Shown here piece after piece: positions 11,199-22,051 of a stretch of DNA of 64,000 nucleotides (the stretch's first letter is position 1; each line of letters begins with the position of its first letter). The stretch covers positions 5,696,001 to 5,760,000 of the forward strand of contig CAVUSO010000001.1 of the NCBI GenBank assembly GCA_963744145.1, written 5' to 3'. The notes beneath the pieces are model-generated. The model saw nothing but the letters and a program-made list of their open reading frames with translations, searched no databases and was not told the DNA's origin. The DNA comes from an uncultured cyanobacterium. Lineage in GTDB: Bacteria > Cyanobacteriota > Cyanobacteriia > Cyanobacteriales > CAWUOF01. Made by a program: the position numbers and the translations under genes.

Positions 11199-11678
11199 AT
11201 GACTACTCCCTTACAACAAGTCCCTGTTGAAAATCTAGAGCTTTATGAACAAGATTACTATTTGTGGATGGTAACAACCGCTAATTTACTGCGCGATCGC
11301 CGTTGGGAAGAAATTGATTTTGAACATCTAATTGCAGAAATAGAAGAGATGGGTAAGGATAAACGACGTGAGTTAAAAAGTAGATTGGTGGTACTACTCA
11401 TACATATTCTCAAATATCAATATCAAATCGAAAAACGCTCCTCAAGTTGGGTCAGCACAATTTTGGAACAGCATGACCAAATTGAATATCTGTTAGAAGA
11501 TAGCCCCAGTCTAAAACCTTATTATCTAGAAATATTTAAGCAGTGCTATTCTAAAGCAATTCGCAATGCTAGCACCGAAACTAAATTGCCTGTGAATGCT
11601 TTTCCTAGTGAGTCTCTTTTTTCCCCTGAAGATGTCATTAATTCTGATTTCATTTTTGCTCTAGTTAACCAGGATTAG
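11199..11678 (+). CDS. DUF29 family protein
   Basis: LYEQDYYLW, HLIAEIEEMG, HILKYQYQ..RSSSW, DSPSLK. Confidence 0.92.
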   Translation: MTTPLQQVPVENLELYEQDYYLWMVTTANLLRDRRWEEIDFEHLIAEIEEMGKDKRRELKSRLVVLLIHILKYQYQIEKRSSSWVSTILEQHDQIEYLLEDSPSLKPYYLEIFKQCYSKAIRNASTETKLPVNAFPSESLFSPEDVINSDFIFALVNQD

Positions 11679-11711
11679 ATTTATGCCCGTACCTTTAGTG
11701 ACTTTCAAAAA

Positions 11712-11936
11712 ATGCCCAAAAAAATTGGAGAATTAAAACGAATATTACAGAAAGCGGGATTTACGCTCTTACCCAAACGAGGTAAAGGTAGCCATTCTTA
11801 CTGGATTCATCCTCTTTTACCTAAACCCGTTGTCCTTTCTGGTAAAGATAGCAAAGATGCAAAACCTTATCAGGAAAAGGATATAATAGCAATCATCAAA
11901 GAACTCGAACAGTTAGAAGCAGATGATGAACCATGA
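11712..11936 (+). CDS. hicA: HicA-family toxin
   Basis: 74 aa, RGKGSH motif, overlaps downstream hicB by 4 bp. Confidence 0.88.
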   Translation: MPKKIGELKRILQKAGFTLLPKRGKGSHSYWIHPLLPKPVVLSGKDSKDAKPYQEKDIIAIIKELEQLEADDEP

Positions 11937-12139
11937 AATATAGTATTTTGATTCAGTGGTCTGAAGAAGATCAGGTTTACATTGCTAGTTTACCTGAATG
12001 GGGAGAATATGCCCGGACTCATGGTGAAAGCTATGAAGAAGCACTCTTAAATGCTAAGGAAATTTTAGAAGATTTAGTGTATGGCTATGAGCAAATAGGG
12101 AAACTATTACCAGAACACCAAACATTCCAGGTTATTTAA
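11933..12139 (+). CDS. hicB: HicB-family antitoxin
   Basis: YSILIQWSEEDQVYIASLPEW..THGESYEEAL. Confidence 0.88.
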   Translation: MKYSILIQWSEEDQVYIASLPEWGEYARTHGESYEEALLNAKEILEDLVYGYEQIGKLLPEHQTFQVI

Positions 12140-12210
12140 ACATTCATTCAGGTATCTCTGTGGAAAGAATCGTAGGTATTGCTTCTCTACCCATCTCCAA
12201 AAAAAAAATC

Positions 12211-12567
12211 CTAATCTTCCCTCATTTCCTGTACCAACAATTCCTTTAATAGCGGTACAAGAGGAGGTAGATCCTCAGAAATAGTTCTCCAAAGCCGATC
12301 CAAATTGACTTGAAAGTATTCATGAGCTACCACATTTCTCATGTCACCCATCAAACGCTAAGGAATCTCTGGATAGCGAGATTGAATAGTATGAGGAACA
12401 TTGACGGCAGCTTCGCCAATAATAATAAAGTTGTAAAGAAGCCCTTGCAATATGAGTTCTTCTATCTTCTCAAAGTCGGTAAAATTTATCCCACCAGTAG
12501 TTTTTTGAATGCGAGCGATAGCATCCAAAATATCCTGAATCCGAAGTTGCCATTTTCTAGAGGGCAC
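12211..12567 (-). pseudogene. HepT-like (DUF86/HEPN) RNase toxin with an in-frame TAG at 12358-12360
   Basis: Reading through the stop gives ..YPEIP*RLMGDMRNVVAHEYFQVNLDRLW..; the Rx4H(EY) motif lies after the stop, where W (TGG) is expected. Confidence 0.88.
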
Positions 12568-12862
12568 GAATCGTCTCCTTGAGAACAGGTTCCCGCAAAT
12601 GTTCCCTCAACGCATCCTCAGTGCCCAAATCTACGGCACATCCCAAAAGATCCTCTAAATAGTGTTTTACCCTAAACAGTTGAAATAGCCCTCCCGGTTG
12701 AGTAAACTCGACTAAAAAGTCTACATCACTATCCGGTCGCGCTTCATCCCGCGCCACTGAACCAAACAAATCTAAAGACTTTACCCCCAAGTCTGTTAAT
12801 TTATCCTTGTGGGCTGCTAAAATTGCTAGGACATCTTTCCGTTTCATTACCACTTCTACCAA
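12557..12862 (-). CDS. MNT-family nucleotidyltransferase antitoxin (MntA-like)
   Basis: LFGSVARDEARPDSDVDFLVEF; overlaps the HEPN gene; start may be the ATG at 12847. Confidence 0.92.
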   Translation of the reverse strand: MVEVVMKRKDVLAILAAHKDKLTDLGVKSLDLFGSVARDEARPDSDVDFLVEFTQPGGLFQLFRVKHYLEDLLGCAVDLGTEDALREHLREPVLKETIRAL

Positions 12863-12877
12863 TCCTTTACTTAGATT

Positions 12878-13519
12878 TTAACACAGTGCTTCCCCAGGTT
12901 CAATTACATTTGGTGATCTACCTTCGAGTTGTCCGCCACCAATAAAAAATTTTAAAATATCAAAAACCTGTTTAGGTGTTAACTTTAATTCAGGCAAAAG
13001 TAAAGACTTGATTTCCTGTTCACCTGTAAATTCTGTCACTTCATAAAAACCAGAAACTAATAACAAAATCGAGATTTTCTCAGTTTCTGGATCAATAATC
13101 CAATATTCAGGAATTTCTCTAACCGCATATTCAGAACGCTTATAACGGTAGTCATCATCAGCATTACCCGGATTAACAATTTCTACAGCTAAAAGAGGAG
13201 GTGTTTCCAAAACAGCAGTAGACATTTTTCGGATCTCTTGACATTGACTTTCTGATATGATGACTAAATCAGGAATTCTTGATTTATTTTTAGCAGTTCT
13301 TACTCCTACTGTCCCAGGCATCACTTTCCACGGCTGTTTAAGGTGGCCAATTTCTTGTTCTAAAATTGTAAAGATCAAATGTAGAATCAAAGCATGAAAA
13401 CCACTAGCAGTAGGCATAAGTTGTAATTTTCCATTCACTAACTCATATTTGTTGTCAGTGCGATCGTCATAAACTAGATATTCTTCAAAAGAATAAGTGG
13501 TAGTTAGTAATTGAACCAT
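12878..13519 (-). CDS. Uma2-family (DUF820) protein
   Basis: YELVNG, RIPDLV, LAVEIV, IPEYWIIDP. Confidence 0.92.
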   Translation of the reverse strand: MVQLLTTTYSFEEYLVYDDRTDNKYELVNGKLQLMPTASGFHALILHLIFTILEQEIGHLKQPWKVMPGTVGVRTAKNKSRIPDLVIISESQCQEIRKMSTAVLETPPLLAVEIVNPGNADDDYRYKRSEYAVREIPEYWIIDPETEKISILLLVSGFYEVTEFTGEQEIKSLLLPELKLTPKQVFDILKFFIGGGQLEGRSPNVIEPGEALC

Positions 13520-13677
13520 TTTTTGATTTACTCCTAATTTTTTGAGGTGAGTGCTACCGATAATTGCTCGACAAAATCTTCATCCTAGTTTGATCTTCTT
13601 CACTGCCGCTCCTGGGATCATAAAGAAGTATGATCAGACAAAGCTGTCAGCCAGGATCATTTTTAAATTTTTGTGCT

Positions 13678-14328
13678 ATGACTATCCAACTGCGTGTATA
13701 TGTTCCACCTCATCCTTTAATTCAACACTGGTTAGCCGTGGCCCGCGATGAAACGACACCCTCTGTCTTATTTCGTAGTGCCATGACTGAATTGGGACGA
13801 TGGTTAACCTATGAAGCTACCCGAGAATGGTTACCAACCATTGAGACAACGGTACAAACTCCTTTAGCTGTCTGTCCCGCGACTGTGATTAATCCAGAAG
13901 TACCCGTGGTAGTAATCCCAATTTTGCGGGCTGGATTAGCATTGTTAGAAGGTGCCCAGACCTTGTTACCTCTAGCATCCATTTATCATCTAGGGTTAGT
14001 GCGGAATGAAGAAACTTTAGTCGCAAGCTGCTACTTAAATAAATTACCAGCCAGTTTTGCTCCCCAAACCAGGGTGCTAATCAGTGAACCAATGTTGGCA
14101 ACTGGAGGTACAATTATGTCAGCAATGGCAGAGTTAACTCAGCGCGGAGCTGACCCGGCTCTGATTCGGATTATTTCTGTAGTCGCAGCTCCCCCAGCTT
14201 TGCAAAAACTCAGTGTGGCTTATCCCGACTTACATATCTACACTGCTACCATAGATGAGGGGATTAATAGTAAAGGATTTATTGTGCCTGGGTTAGGAGA
14301 TGCAGGCGATCGCACTTTTGGGACTTGA
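13678..14328 (+). CDS. upp: Uracil phosphoribosyltransferase
   Basis: PILRAG, EPMLATGGT, IVPGLGDAGDR; ATG at 13678 (MTIQLRVYVPPHP). Confidence 0.96.
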   Translation: MTIQLRVYVPPHPLIQHWLAVARDETTPSVLFRSAMTELGRWLTYEATREWLPTIETTVQTPLAVCPATVINPEVPVVVIPILRAGLALLEGAQTLLPLASIYHLGLVRNEETLVASCYLNKLPASFAPQTRVLISEPMLATGGTIMSAMAELTQRGADPALIRIISVVAAPPALQKLSVAYPDLHIYTATIDEGINSKGFIVPGLGDAGDRTFGT

Positions 14329-14331
14329 AAC

Positions 14332-14670
14332 ATGAGTAATCGAGATAGTTTTGTTGGTGGATTTCTCGCGGGAGCTGTAGTCGGTGGTGTGATTGGTGGA
14401 CTGTTAGGAGTTCTGCTCGCTCGCCAAACCGAAGAGTCAGCAGCGACTGAAGAGCCCTTGCTCAATGCTAATCGCGCTGAAGCTAAATCCATTAAAGGGA
14501 CGAAAAAACGTCAGATCAAAGAAGATACGATTGAAACAGCAAGACGCAGTTTAGAAGAAAAGATTGCTCAATTAAATGAGACGATCGATGATGTCAGGCT
14601 GCAAATTGGTAATGTTAATGGTGCTAACCAAGGATTAGAAAGTGAGCGATCGCTAACCGACGAAACTTAA
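14332..14670 (+). CDS. Conserved membrane-anchored coiled-coil hypothetical protein (upp-yggT cluster)
   Basis: Gly-rich TM segment FVGGFLAGAVVGG then ARRSLEEKIAQLN. Confidence 0.8.
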   Translation: MSNRDSFVGGFLAGAVVGGVIGGLLGVLLARQTEESAATEEPLLNANRAEAKSIKGTKKRQIKEDTIETARRSLEEKIAQLNETIDDVRLQIGNVNGANQGLESERSLTDET

Positions 14671-14777
14671 CGTCAATTTTGGCGATCGGGTCAGACACTC
14701 CAAATTAGAGCAGATGGATTAAACTAAGGGAAATGCTTTCGAGCATAGCTGAGTTGCAAAAGAAGTCGATAAAGCCT

Positions 14778-15056
14778 ATGAGTCCCGTTGAGCTATTACT
14801 TAATACCCTGATTACATCTGTTGAAATCTATTCGGTGTTGCTGATTCTGCGCTTTCTGTTAAGTTGGTTCCCGAATATCAATTGGTTTGATCCACCTTTT
14901 TCTATTCTCAGCCAATTAACCGATCCTTACATCAATCTCTTTCGGGCCCTGATTCCCCCGATGGGTGGAATTGACTTTATTGGTCCCACCCTAGCTCTGG
15001 TTCTGCTCCAAGTATTAATGAACATTCTCGCTAGTCTCCGACATACCCTTGCTTAA
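14778..15056 (+). CDS. YggT/Ycf19 family membrane protein
   Basis: LLSWFPNINW..PPF..L.QLTDPY..LFR..IPP.GGID; start may be 14733. Confidence 0.9.
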   Translation: MSPVELLLNTLITSVEIYSVLLILRFLLSWFPNINWFDPPFSILSQLTDPYINLFRALIPPMGGIDFIGPTLALVLLQVLMNILASLRHTLA

Positions 15057-15067
15057 ATAGCCAAAGA

Positions 15068-15526
15068 TTAGCGTCGAACTGTACCAGTAAATCCCGCAGC
15101 TTTAAATTGCTGAAGTTGTAAAGGAGTGGGTTGATTAGCGGGAACGGAAATTCTCAGATCAAAATTACCTACTCCAATGGGTATTTCATCGATAGAACCC
15201 AAGCGAGTGCGGTTTTCCATGACTGAGTTACCATAAGCATCATAAATTCGACCAAAAATATCAGCGTTGACTACTGGTTTACCTGAATTATTTTCAGTCT
15301 TGCCTGTGATGATAAAACAATTAGCAGCACGGGTAGTACCATTACTGGTAACTGTACCTGCGGCTACTTCGGCGGGACAATCGTGATAAGTCAGGTCGAA
15401 TAGTTTAATCTGGACTAATGCCCAAGCATTCGGGGTGAAGATCCAAGTGATGATTGTGATCAGAAATGAGAGGATGATGACAGCAAAGGTTCGCGATCGC
15501 ATGAATTTTTCCTGGCTTGACTTCAT
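15068..15526 (-). CDS. Conserved exported hypothetical protein
   Basis: Signal peptide, two Cys, NADIFGRIYDA motif. Confidence 0.75.
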   Translation of the reverse strand: MKSSQEKFMRSRTFAVIILSFLITIITWIFTPNAWALVQIKLFDLTYHDCPAEVAAGTVTSNGTTRAANCFIITGKTENNSGKPVVNADIFGRIYDAYGNSVMENRTRLGSIDEIPIGVGNFDLRISVPANQPTPLQLQQFKAAGFTGTVRR

Positions 15527-15559
15527 CTTTCAGCTTAACTTGAATTTGTCAGAGCAATT

Positions 15560-16429
15560 TTAGGATCTATTTAACTGCTCCTGTAAAGCTTGACGCATAA
15601 TATCGATGGGGACAGGTTGGTTGAGCCACATTTGTAAAGCAGTAGCTCCCTGTTGCACTAACATTTCTTTTCCATCGATCGCGATCGCACCCTGGGCACT
15701 AGCTAGTTGCAAAAATTGGGTCGGACTCGGACGATAAATTAGATCATAGACGATCGCACCTGGAGTTATTTTACCTATTATTGTCCGACTGATTGGACTA
15801 TCGTCAATTTGAGGATACATCCCGATGGGTGTAGTATTGACAATTAACAAACTTTGTGATATAAGCTCTGGTAATTTTTCCCAGAGATGAATATGGAGGT
15901 AAATTTTTTGGGGTGAATTTAACCAACTATGCTGAAATATGACTAAATGATCAAGATTACGTCCAATCAGATGAATTTCCCCACAGTTAAGTTGGACTAA
16001 TCCAGCAACTACAGCACGAGCAGCACCACCATTACCTAAAATTAAAGCGATCGTTTGACTCCAATCACGCGGATCAGTCTGTAATGGAGCAAGAAAACCG
16101 GTCACATCAGTATTAGTACCGCTCCAACCGCTTTCTGTTCTCCACACCGTATTGACTGCTCCGACTGCTTGAGCGATCGGGGAAACTTCCTGAAGTAAAG
16201 GAATAATTGCTTGTTTGTGGGGAATGGTAACATTAAATCCTACCAGTCCAATGGCGGTAAAACCAGCCAGTGCTACCTGTAAATCTGTAGATTTCACGGG
16301 TAAAGGTAAATAAACATAATCCAATCCTAAAGCTCTCAGTGCTGCATTATGGATTACTGGAGACAGTGAATGGGTAACTGGATCACCGATTACCCCTAAT
16401 AATTTAGTTTTACCTGTAATGACGTACAT
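15560..16429 (-). CDS. aroE: Shikimate dehydrogenase
   Basis: HSLSP, NVTIPHK, GAVNT, NTD, GNGGAARA. Confidence 0.95.
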   Translation of the reverse strand: MYVITGKTKLLGVIGDPVTHSLSPVIHNAALRALGLDYVYLPLPVKSTDLQVALAGFTAIGLVGFNVTIPHKQAIIPLLQEVSPIAQAVGAVNTVWRTESGWSGTNTDVTGFLAPLQTDPRDWSQTIALILGNGGAARAVVAGLVQLNCGEIHLIGRNLDHLVIFQHSWLNSPQKIYLHIHLWEKLPELISQSLLIVNTTPIGMYPQIDDSPISRTIIGKITPGAIVYDLIYRPSPTQFLQLASAQGAIAIDGKEMLVQQGATALQMWLNQPVPIDIMRQALQEQLNRS

Positions 16430-16944
16430 TAATTTTTCCTTTGGGAATGTTCTAGCAATTCGACTCGTTTAGCTGTAAAGGTAAGGGACTGATTAGCGGG
16501 ATTAAAATCGAGGTTACCCTGTAAGTTATGGTTGGCTAAACTAGCTTTAAGCTTGATATTTTGAATTTCATTAGGATCAGATTGATCAGAGAATTGACCA
16601 CATAGTTTTCGATGAGAAACCTGACCGACTAAATTTAATTCTTGATGTTGCCATTTTCCCCATAAAAAAGGTTTTTCTCTGGATGGGTTAATGTTATCCT
16701 CAGTTGCTAATAAAGAGCCACTTAAATAAATTCCAGATTGTTGGATCATTAAAGTCATTGTTTGACTCTTAGGACAGAGTTGTAAATTATTCAGTAAATA
16801 ATTTCCACTGATTGGGGGAGGAGCTTCCAGATGATTTTCACCATAATTAGTCACAATTTTAAATAAAATTAACACAAAAATAATCGAAAATACATAAAAC
16901 GATAGAGTCTTGAAGCGAAGATTTTTTAACATACTAGCTCCCAC
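16429..16944 (-). CDS. Hypothetical membrane-anchored protein
   Basis: 171-aa ORF with N-terminal TM segment, stop overlapping the aroE start. Confidence 0.65.
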   Translation of the reverse strand: MGASMLKNLRFKTLSFYVFSIIFVLILFKIVTNYGENHLEAPPPISGNYLLNNLQLCPKSQTMTLMIQQSGIYLSGSLLATEDNINPSREKPFLWGKWQHQELNLVGQVSHRKLCGQFSDQSDPNEIQNIKLKASLANHNLQGNLDFNPANQSLTFTAKRVELLEHSQRKN

Positions 16945-16992
16945 GGATAATTTAAGTATATAGCCAATTCTTGGACATGAAAAAAAATTTAG

Positions 16993-19192
16993 CTAAATTT
17001 CCACTTGATCATGTTGACGAGAAAGCAGGGAAGCTAGGTGAGAAGTAACTTGAGAATAGCGACGGGTAATTAGGAGAGAAGACTGACATTTACTCGCTAA
17101 TTCATCGGTGTAACGTCCCAAAGTTTGACGTTCAATTCCCCAAGCACGGCTAGTACCAGCAATGGTAAGATCAACATGAGCTGAAGCTGTAACCACAGTT
17201 TGAATTGGTTCTGCTGCTTCGACTAAACTGATTTCAATCCGCGATCGCAATTTTTCCGGTAATTGTTCCATCAGGACTCGAAACTCATAACTTAAGTCAG
17301 GAGGAGCTGCTAAATCCTGGACAATTCGGAGTACAGTTAGCTGACGAGTATCACTATTAACTAAAAGTCGGATTGCTAGCTCTAATGCCAAATCATCATG
17401 AATATTAGCAGAGTAAGGCACTAATAAAGATTCAAGCTGATATTTTTCTCTACCGACAAAGACAGCTACATCGACTGGTGCAGAAGAGAGAATTTGACCA
17501 ACTCTTCCACCTAAACGATTATGGCTAAAAGCTGGACGGTGCCAACCTACTAGAATTAAATTAGCTAAGTCAAGTTGAGCAATTTGGACAGTTTCTTGGG
17601 CAACATCATTAGAAATACGAATAATTGGATTGATATAAGCACAACTTTCTGGGGATGCAAGACTTTGAATTAATTCTTGGATATGCACCCGACGCTCTTC
17701 GATTAATCGAGCTGCTTCAACAGGGGTACTTTGAAATAGATAATCTTCCTCTAATTCAATTAAACTCAAGGGATAAACAGCAGACCGTTTGTAAACGATT
17801 ACCCGCGATCGCCACCGCTAGCTCCATTAATTCTTTTTGGGTACTAGGATTAGCGATCGGGACGAGAATGCGATAAGAGGGAGCAATTATTTCTGACTCA
17901 GCTGACTCTGATGCGGGAGTTGCGGAAACAAGAGATTCTTGACTGTGAATGGAAGCTAAAGCATCAGCTTGAATTAATTTTTTCGGATAAGTCCACTCTA
18001 ATAGTGGGGAAGTCATAAATGTGGTGACTAAAGCCATAATTACTAGCATGGTAAATAGCAACGGTGAAATCACCCCCAAACTCAGACCAATATTCAGGAC
18101 AATTAATTCAGTTAATCCCCGAGTATTCATTAACCAACCTAGAGCAGCTGCTTCTCGATTTTCGATTCCAGAAATTCGAGCTGCTCCATAAGTACCGACA
18201 TATTTACCAATAATTGCTACTGCGACAACCATCACACAAAGTAACCAGAGTTCGGGACGGTTGAGTAAACCAATTTCTGTGCGTAAACCACTATAAGCAA
18301 AAAAGACCGGTAGGAGAAACGTGAGTACAAAATCTTCCGTTTTTTGTGCTATTTCTCTAACTAGACCAGGGTTTTTTGGCAATACGGCACCAAGCAAAAA
18401 TGCCCCAAAAATTAGGTGAATACCGATCCATTCGGTGATGAGAGCAGAAATTACTACTCCCATATAAATACCGGCTAAAACAAATTGAGTAAGTCTACCT
18501 GTGCGATTATAGTGAGTAGAAAGTCGTTTGAGTAACCAACGTCCTGCTGTTGCCATGATGGCAATGTAAATTATTGAATAGATAATGGTGGGGATAGCTT
18601 GAACTATGCTATTAGTCCGGGTCACCGCGATCGCTAGCGCAAGTAAGCACCATGCGGTGACATCATCGACAGCAGCACAGCTGAGAGCTAATGTACCTAA
18701 GCGACTATTTTGCAGGTTATTTTCTGTGATAATTCTGGCTAGAACTGGAAAAGCAGTGATTGACATGGCTGCACCTAAAAATAAAGCAAAAGCCAGAAAG
18801 GAAACACTAGAATTAGAAACGAGTGGGTAGAGGATCAGAGCTAATAAACTACCTAAGGAGAAAGGTACTAAAATGCTGACATGGGACGTTAAAATTGCTA
18901 CTTCAATCTGACCACTGAGATATTTTGGATCAAGTTCTAATCCAATTAAAAACATGAAAAAAATTAACCCAATCTGAGACAAGACATTCAGAAAAGGGAT
19001 AGTTTCTACAGGAAATAACCCAGCAGACCATTCTGGAGCAATTAAACCGAATAAAGATGGTCCGAGCATGATTCCTGCGACGATCTCCCCAATCACTAGG
19101 GGTTGCTTAATCCAGCGAAAACCTAAACCGACCAGTCGAGACAACCCAATCACGATCAGCACTTGAACCAATACTCTCACGACTATTTCCAT
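16993..19192 (-). pseudogene. CPA2 cation:proton antiporter with C-terminal USP-like domains, split by a frameshift near 17785
   Basis: ORF 17756-19192 (SITAFPVLARI, DD, MNTRGLTEL) ends inside the first USP domain; skipping 1 nt at CAA ACG G TCT GCT GTT TAT CCC TTG AGT joins it to ORF 16993-17769. Confidence 0.75.
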
Positions 19193-19461
19193 AATTTCCT
19201 CTTGGGGGATGTGGGGGAGTGCAGAGCGATCGCTGGTATTAGTTTACCTGTTCCTGCTCACAACCCAGCTCTTTCTTTGATTTTGAGCAAAAATACTACC
19301 ACCAATATTAACTATTTTCAATTGCTGCAATTACTCTTTAATCTTTATCCATTTAAGCACAGAAGGGGCAGTCTGATCACTGCCCCTTCTATGATAAGTA
19401 AATAGCACACCTGAATTTATCCAAATATGTAGTTGATTTGACATTAATTAAGTTTGATTGA

Positions 19462-19920
19462 TCACAATGTCATTTGACACATTAATCGATTCCGGTTGGT
19501 TAAAGTTACTGAATCATCTGGCTGAATTTCTAGAGCTTGATTATAGACATCTAGTGCTTCTTTTTTCCGATTTAATTGGGTGAGAGCGAATCCTTTTCCG
19601 TTTAAAGCTGCTAATTTAGCCACTACATTTGGCTGGAATTTTGTGACTTCTTCAAATGATGTAACTGCTTCTTGAAACCTGCCCATTTGACACATTGCTA
19701 TCCCTCGTAATAACCAAGCTTCCCATAATTTTTTAGATTCTTGAATTGCTTGGTCATAAGCAATTATTGCCTCGTTACATTTCTCTGCACTGAAATGTAA
19801 GATTATCCCTTGTTTAAAGCTATTTTCTGCTTTTAAACTTTGTTTCAACTGCTGAACATTAATGCCAAATATATTACATATAGTAACGAGACGGTCGGAA
19901 ATTTTAATTGTCTGCACCAT
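19462..19920 (-). CDS. Tetratricopeptide repeat protein
   Basis: EAIIAYDQAI, AWLLRG..MGRFQEA, GKGFAL..L.R..EAL..Y.QALEIQPD. Confidence 0.85.
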   Translation of the reverse strand: MVQTIKISDRLVTICNIFGINVQQLKQSLKAENSFKQGIILHFSAEKCNEAIIAYDQAIQESKKLWEAWLLRGIAMCQMGRFQEAVTSFEEVTKFQPNVVAKLAALNGKGFALTQLNRKKEALDVYNQALEIQPDDSVTLTNRNRLMCQMTL

Positions 19921-20236
19921 AGATTTTTCCTCATGTAAATACCCTGGTTACTCCTCTTTTTCAATCATAGCTTTAGCTATCCAGCGAAAGTATTTTTTTT
20001 GGAAAGCTTTATGCTTTTTTTACTAATTCTTTAACTTTCCCTGTAATTTTCGCTCAGAAATTGGGTATGAGTGATAATTTTTTTTATAATTCATCATCAA
20101 AAAAAAAGCAAGGGAATATTTACGGAATTTTGAATTACCATGTCCTTATTTACATTTCTTTATATTGAAGTGATATTTTTACGGAAAGACCCGATCGCTC
20201 ACCTCATTCAACTCTAATCTAGAAATTTTCATCTGG

Positions 20237-20899
20237 TTATTTTTGATGGGATGCTAATCGATCAGCTAAACGAGTTGTTTCGGGAAGTCTATATTTTGGG
20301 GTACAACTAATAACATAATTTATGGCAGTTGTCAAGCTAATGCGATGACCACTAGAGACATAAATGGGTTTAACTCCCATTCGAGTTCGCAAAACTGCAC
20401 CAATTGTCTCACCTTGATCTTGCATTGGTTGCCAATCACCTCGATGATTTCCGACCTGATCATATTTACCAATTAACCAAGACTTAGCTACTCCAATGGT
20501 GGGGACATCTGCTAACAGACCAAGGTGACAAGCAATCCCAAAACGACTGGGATGGGCAATTCCCTGACCATCACATAAAATTAAATTAGGAATAGTTGAA
20601 AGTTTGGCTAAAGCATCAAGCACTGCAGGTGCTTCGCGAAAAGAAAGAAAACCAGGAATGTAAGGAAAAGTTGTGGGACGATAAGCGATCGCCCGATCTA
20701 CTAATTGTAAATCAGGAAAACTTAATACTACCACAGCAGCTTTAGCCACATCAGGAGTTTCATAGCCCACATCAACTCCAGCTACATATTCTACTGTTTC
20801 TAGTTGATCGGAGATAATTACTTCATGGGCTAGTTCTTGTTGGATCGCGATCGCTGCGGTAACCGTAGTGGGCCAAGAGTGCCGAGGGTGAATTCTCAT
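20237..20899 (-). CDS. nfi: Endonuclease V
   Basis: [41 protein letters not shown]. Confidence 0.96.
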   Translation of the reverse strand: MRIHPRHSWPTTVTAAIAIQQELAHEVIISDQLETVEYVAGVDVGYETPDVAKAAVVVLSFPDLQLVDRAIAYRPTTFPYIPGFLSFREAPAVLDALAKLSTIPNLILCDGQGIAHPSRFGIACHLGLLADVPTIGVAKSWLIGKYDQVGNHRGDWQPMQDQGETIGAVLRTRMGVKPIYVSSGHRISLTTAINYVISCTPKYRLPETTRLADRLASHQK

Positions 20900-21170
20900 A
20901 CTTTTAACTTATCAATTGCATCAAAATTCAGTTAATTGCGTTGTTTTTTCCTACTACCCCTAAGGAGCCAAAAATATCCTAATCTGGATTAGACATAGAT
21001 GACATGGGGGGGTATAAAATAATATCAGATAAATTTTGGTAAGATGTACTCAAATGATCACAAATTTCCATTGGGGGGCAGCTCTGGCTCAACAAAGATC
21101 CAGCATTTTCCTATTTGATCAATGTCCTGAACAATGAACGATAACTACTCATCCCTCGAGGTAACAATCA

Positions 21171-21995
21171 ATGATCACGACTGATAACTTGAAAATAGGA
21201 CTTTATGCTACGGGAGGCATGATCTTAATCCTGACTGCAATTATTTTCAAACCATTCGTAATTGTTAATGCGGGGGAACGGGGCGTTATTATGCGCTTTG
21301 GTAAAGTTGAGAATCAAGTCTTAGATGAAGGAATTCATCCGATTATTCCCATCGTTACTTCGGTAAAAACCCTGAGTGTCCGTGTCCAAAAAACTGATAT
21401 TAAAGGAGAAGCAGCTTCTAAAGATTTACAACAAATCACCGCAGAGTTAGTTCTGAATTGGCATATTGATCCGAGCCAAGCTAATAAAGTTTACCAAACA
21501 ATTGGTGATGAGGAACAAATTATTAACGGAATTATCTCTCCCGCGATTATAGAAGTGCTAAAAGCATCAATGGCCAAAAAAACTGCGGAAGAGATTATTA
21601 CTAAAAGAACTGAGTTAAAAGATGAAATTGATGATTTTCTCAAAAACCGTCTGAAAAATTATGGGCTGATAGTTGATGATGTATCTTTAGTTAACTTTGC
21701 TTTTTCTCCAGAATTTACCAAAGCGATCGAAGCGAAACAAATTGCGGAACAACAAGCCAAACAAGCAGAGTTTACAGCCCTAAAAGCTGCTAAAGATGCC
21801 CAAGCTACAATTAATACGGCTAAAGGTCAAGCCGAAGCCCAAAAATTGCAACGTTTGACTTTAACTTCAGAACTATTGCAACAGCAAGCAATAGAAAAAT
21901 GGGATGGTAAGTTTCCGATGGTGATGGGTAGTAATGGTGCGTTACCATTTATTAATATTAATCCTGATAATTTATCGTCATCACCAAAACAGTGA
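21171..21995 (+). CDS. Prohibitin/SPFH family protein
   Basis: VNAGERGV, ASKDLQ, AIEAKQIAEQ, IEKWDG. Confidence 0.92.
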   Translation: MITTDNLKIGLYATGGMILILTAIIFKPFVIVNAGERGVIMRFGKVENQVLDEGIHPIIPIVTSVKTLSVRVQKTDIKGEAASKDLQQITAELVLNWHIDPSQANKVYQTIGDEEQIINGIISPAIIEVLKASMAKKTAEEIITKRTELKDEIDDFLKNRLKNYGLIVDDVSLVNFAFSPEFTKAIEAKQIAEQQAKQAEFTALKAAKDAQATINTAKGQAEAQKLQRLTLTSELLQQQAIEKWDGKFPMVMGSNGALPFININPDNLSSSPKQ

Positions 21996-22051
21996 TGCCC
22001 CTGAAAAAACAGGTTTGCAGTTTACCTTAAGTAAAAAGAGATTAAATACCA

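Noticed and set aside
12310..12582. Plus-strand 90-aa ORF and other short antisense ORFs inside long genes
   Set aside because: Shadow ORFs opposite well-supported genes, without motifs
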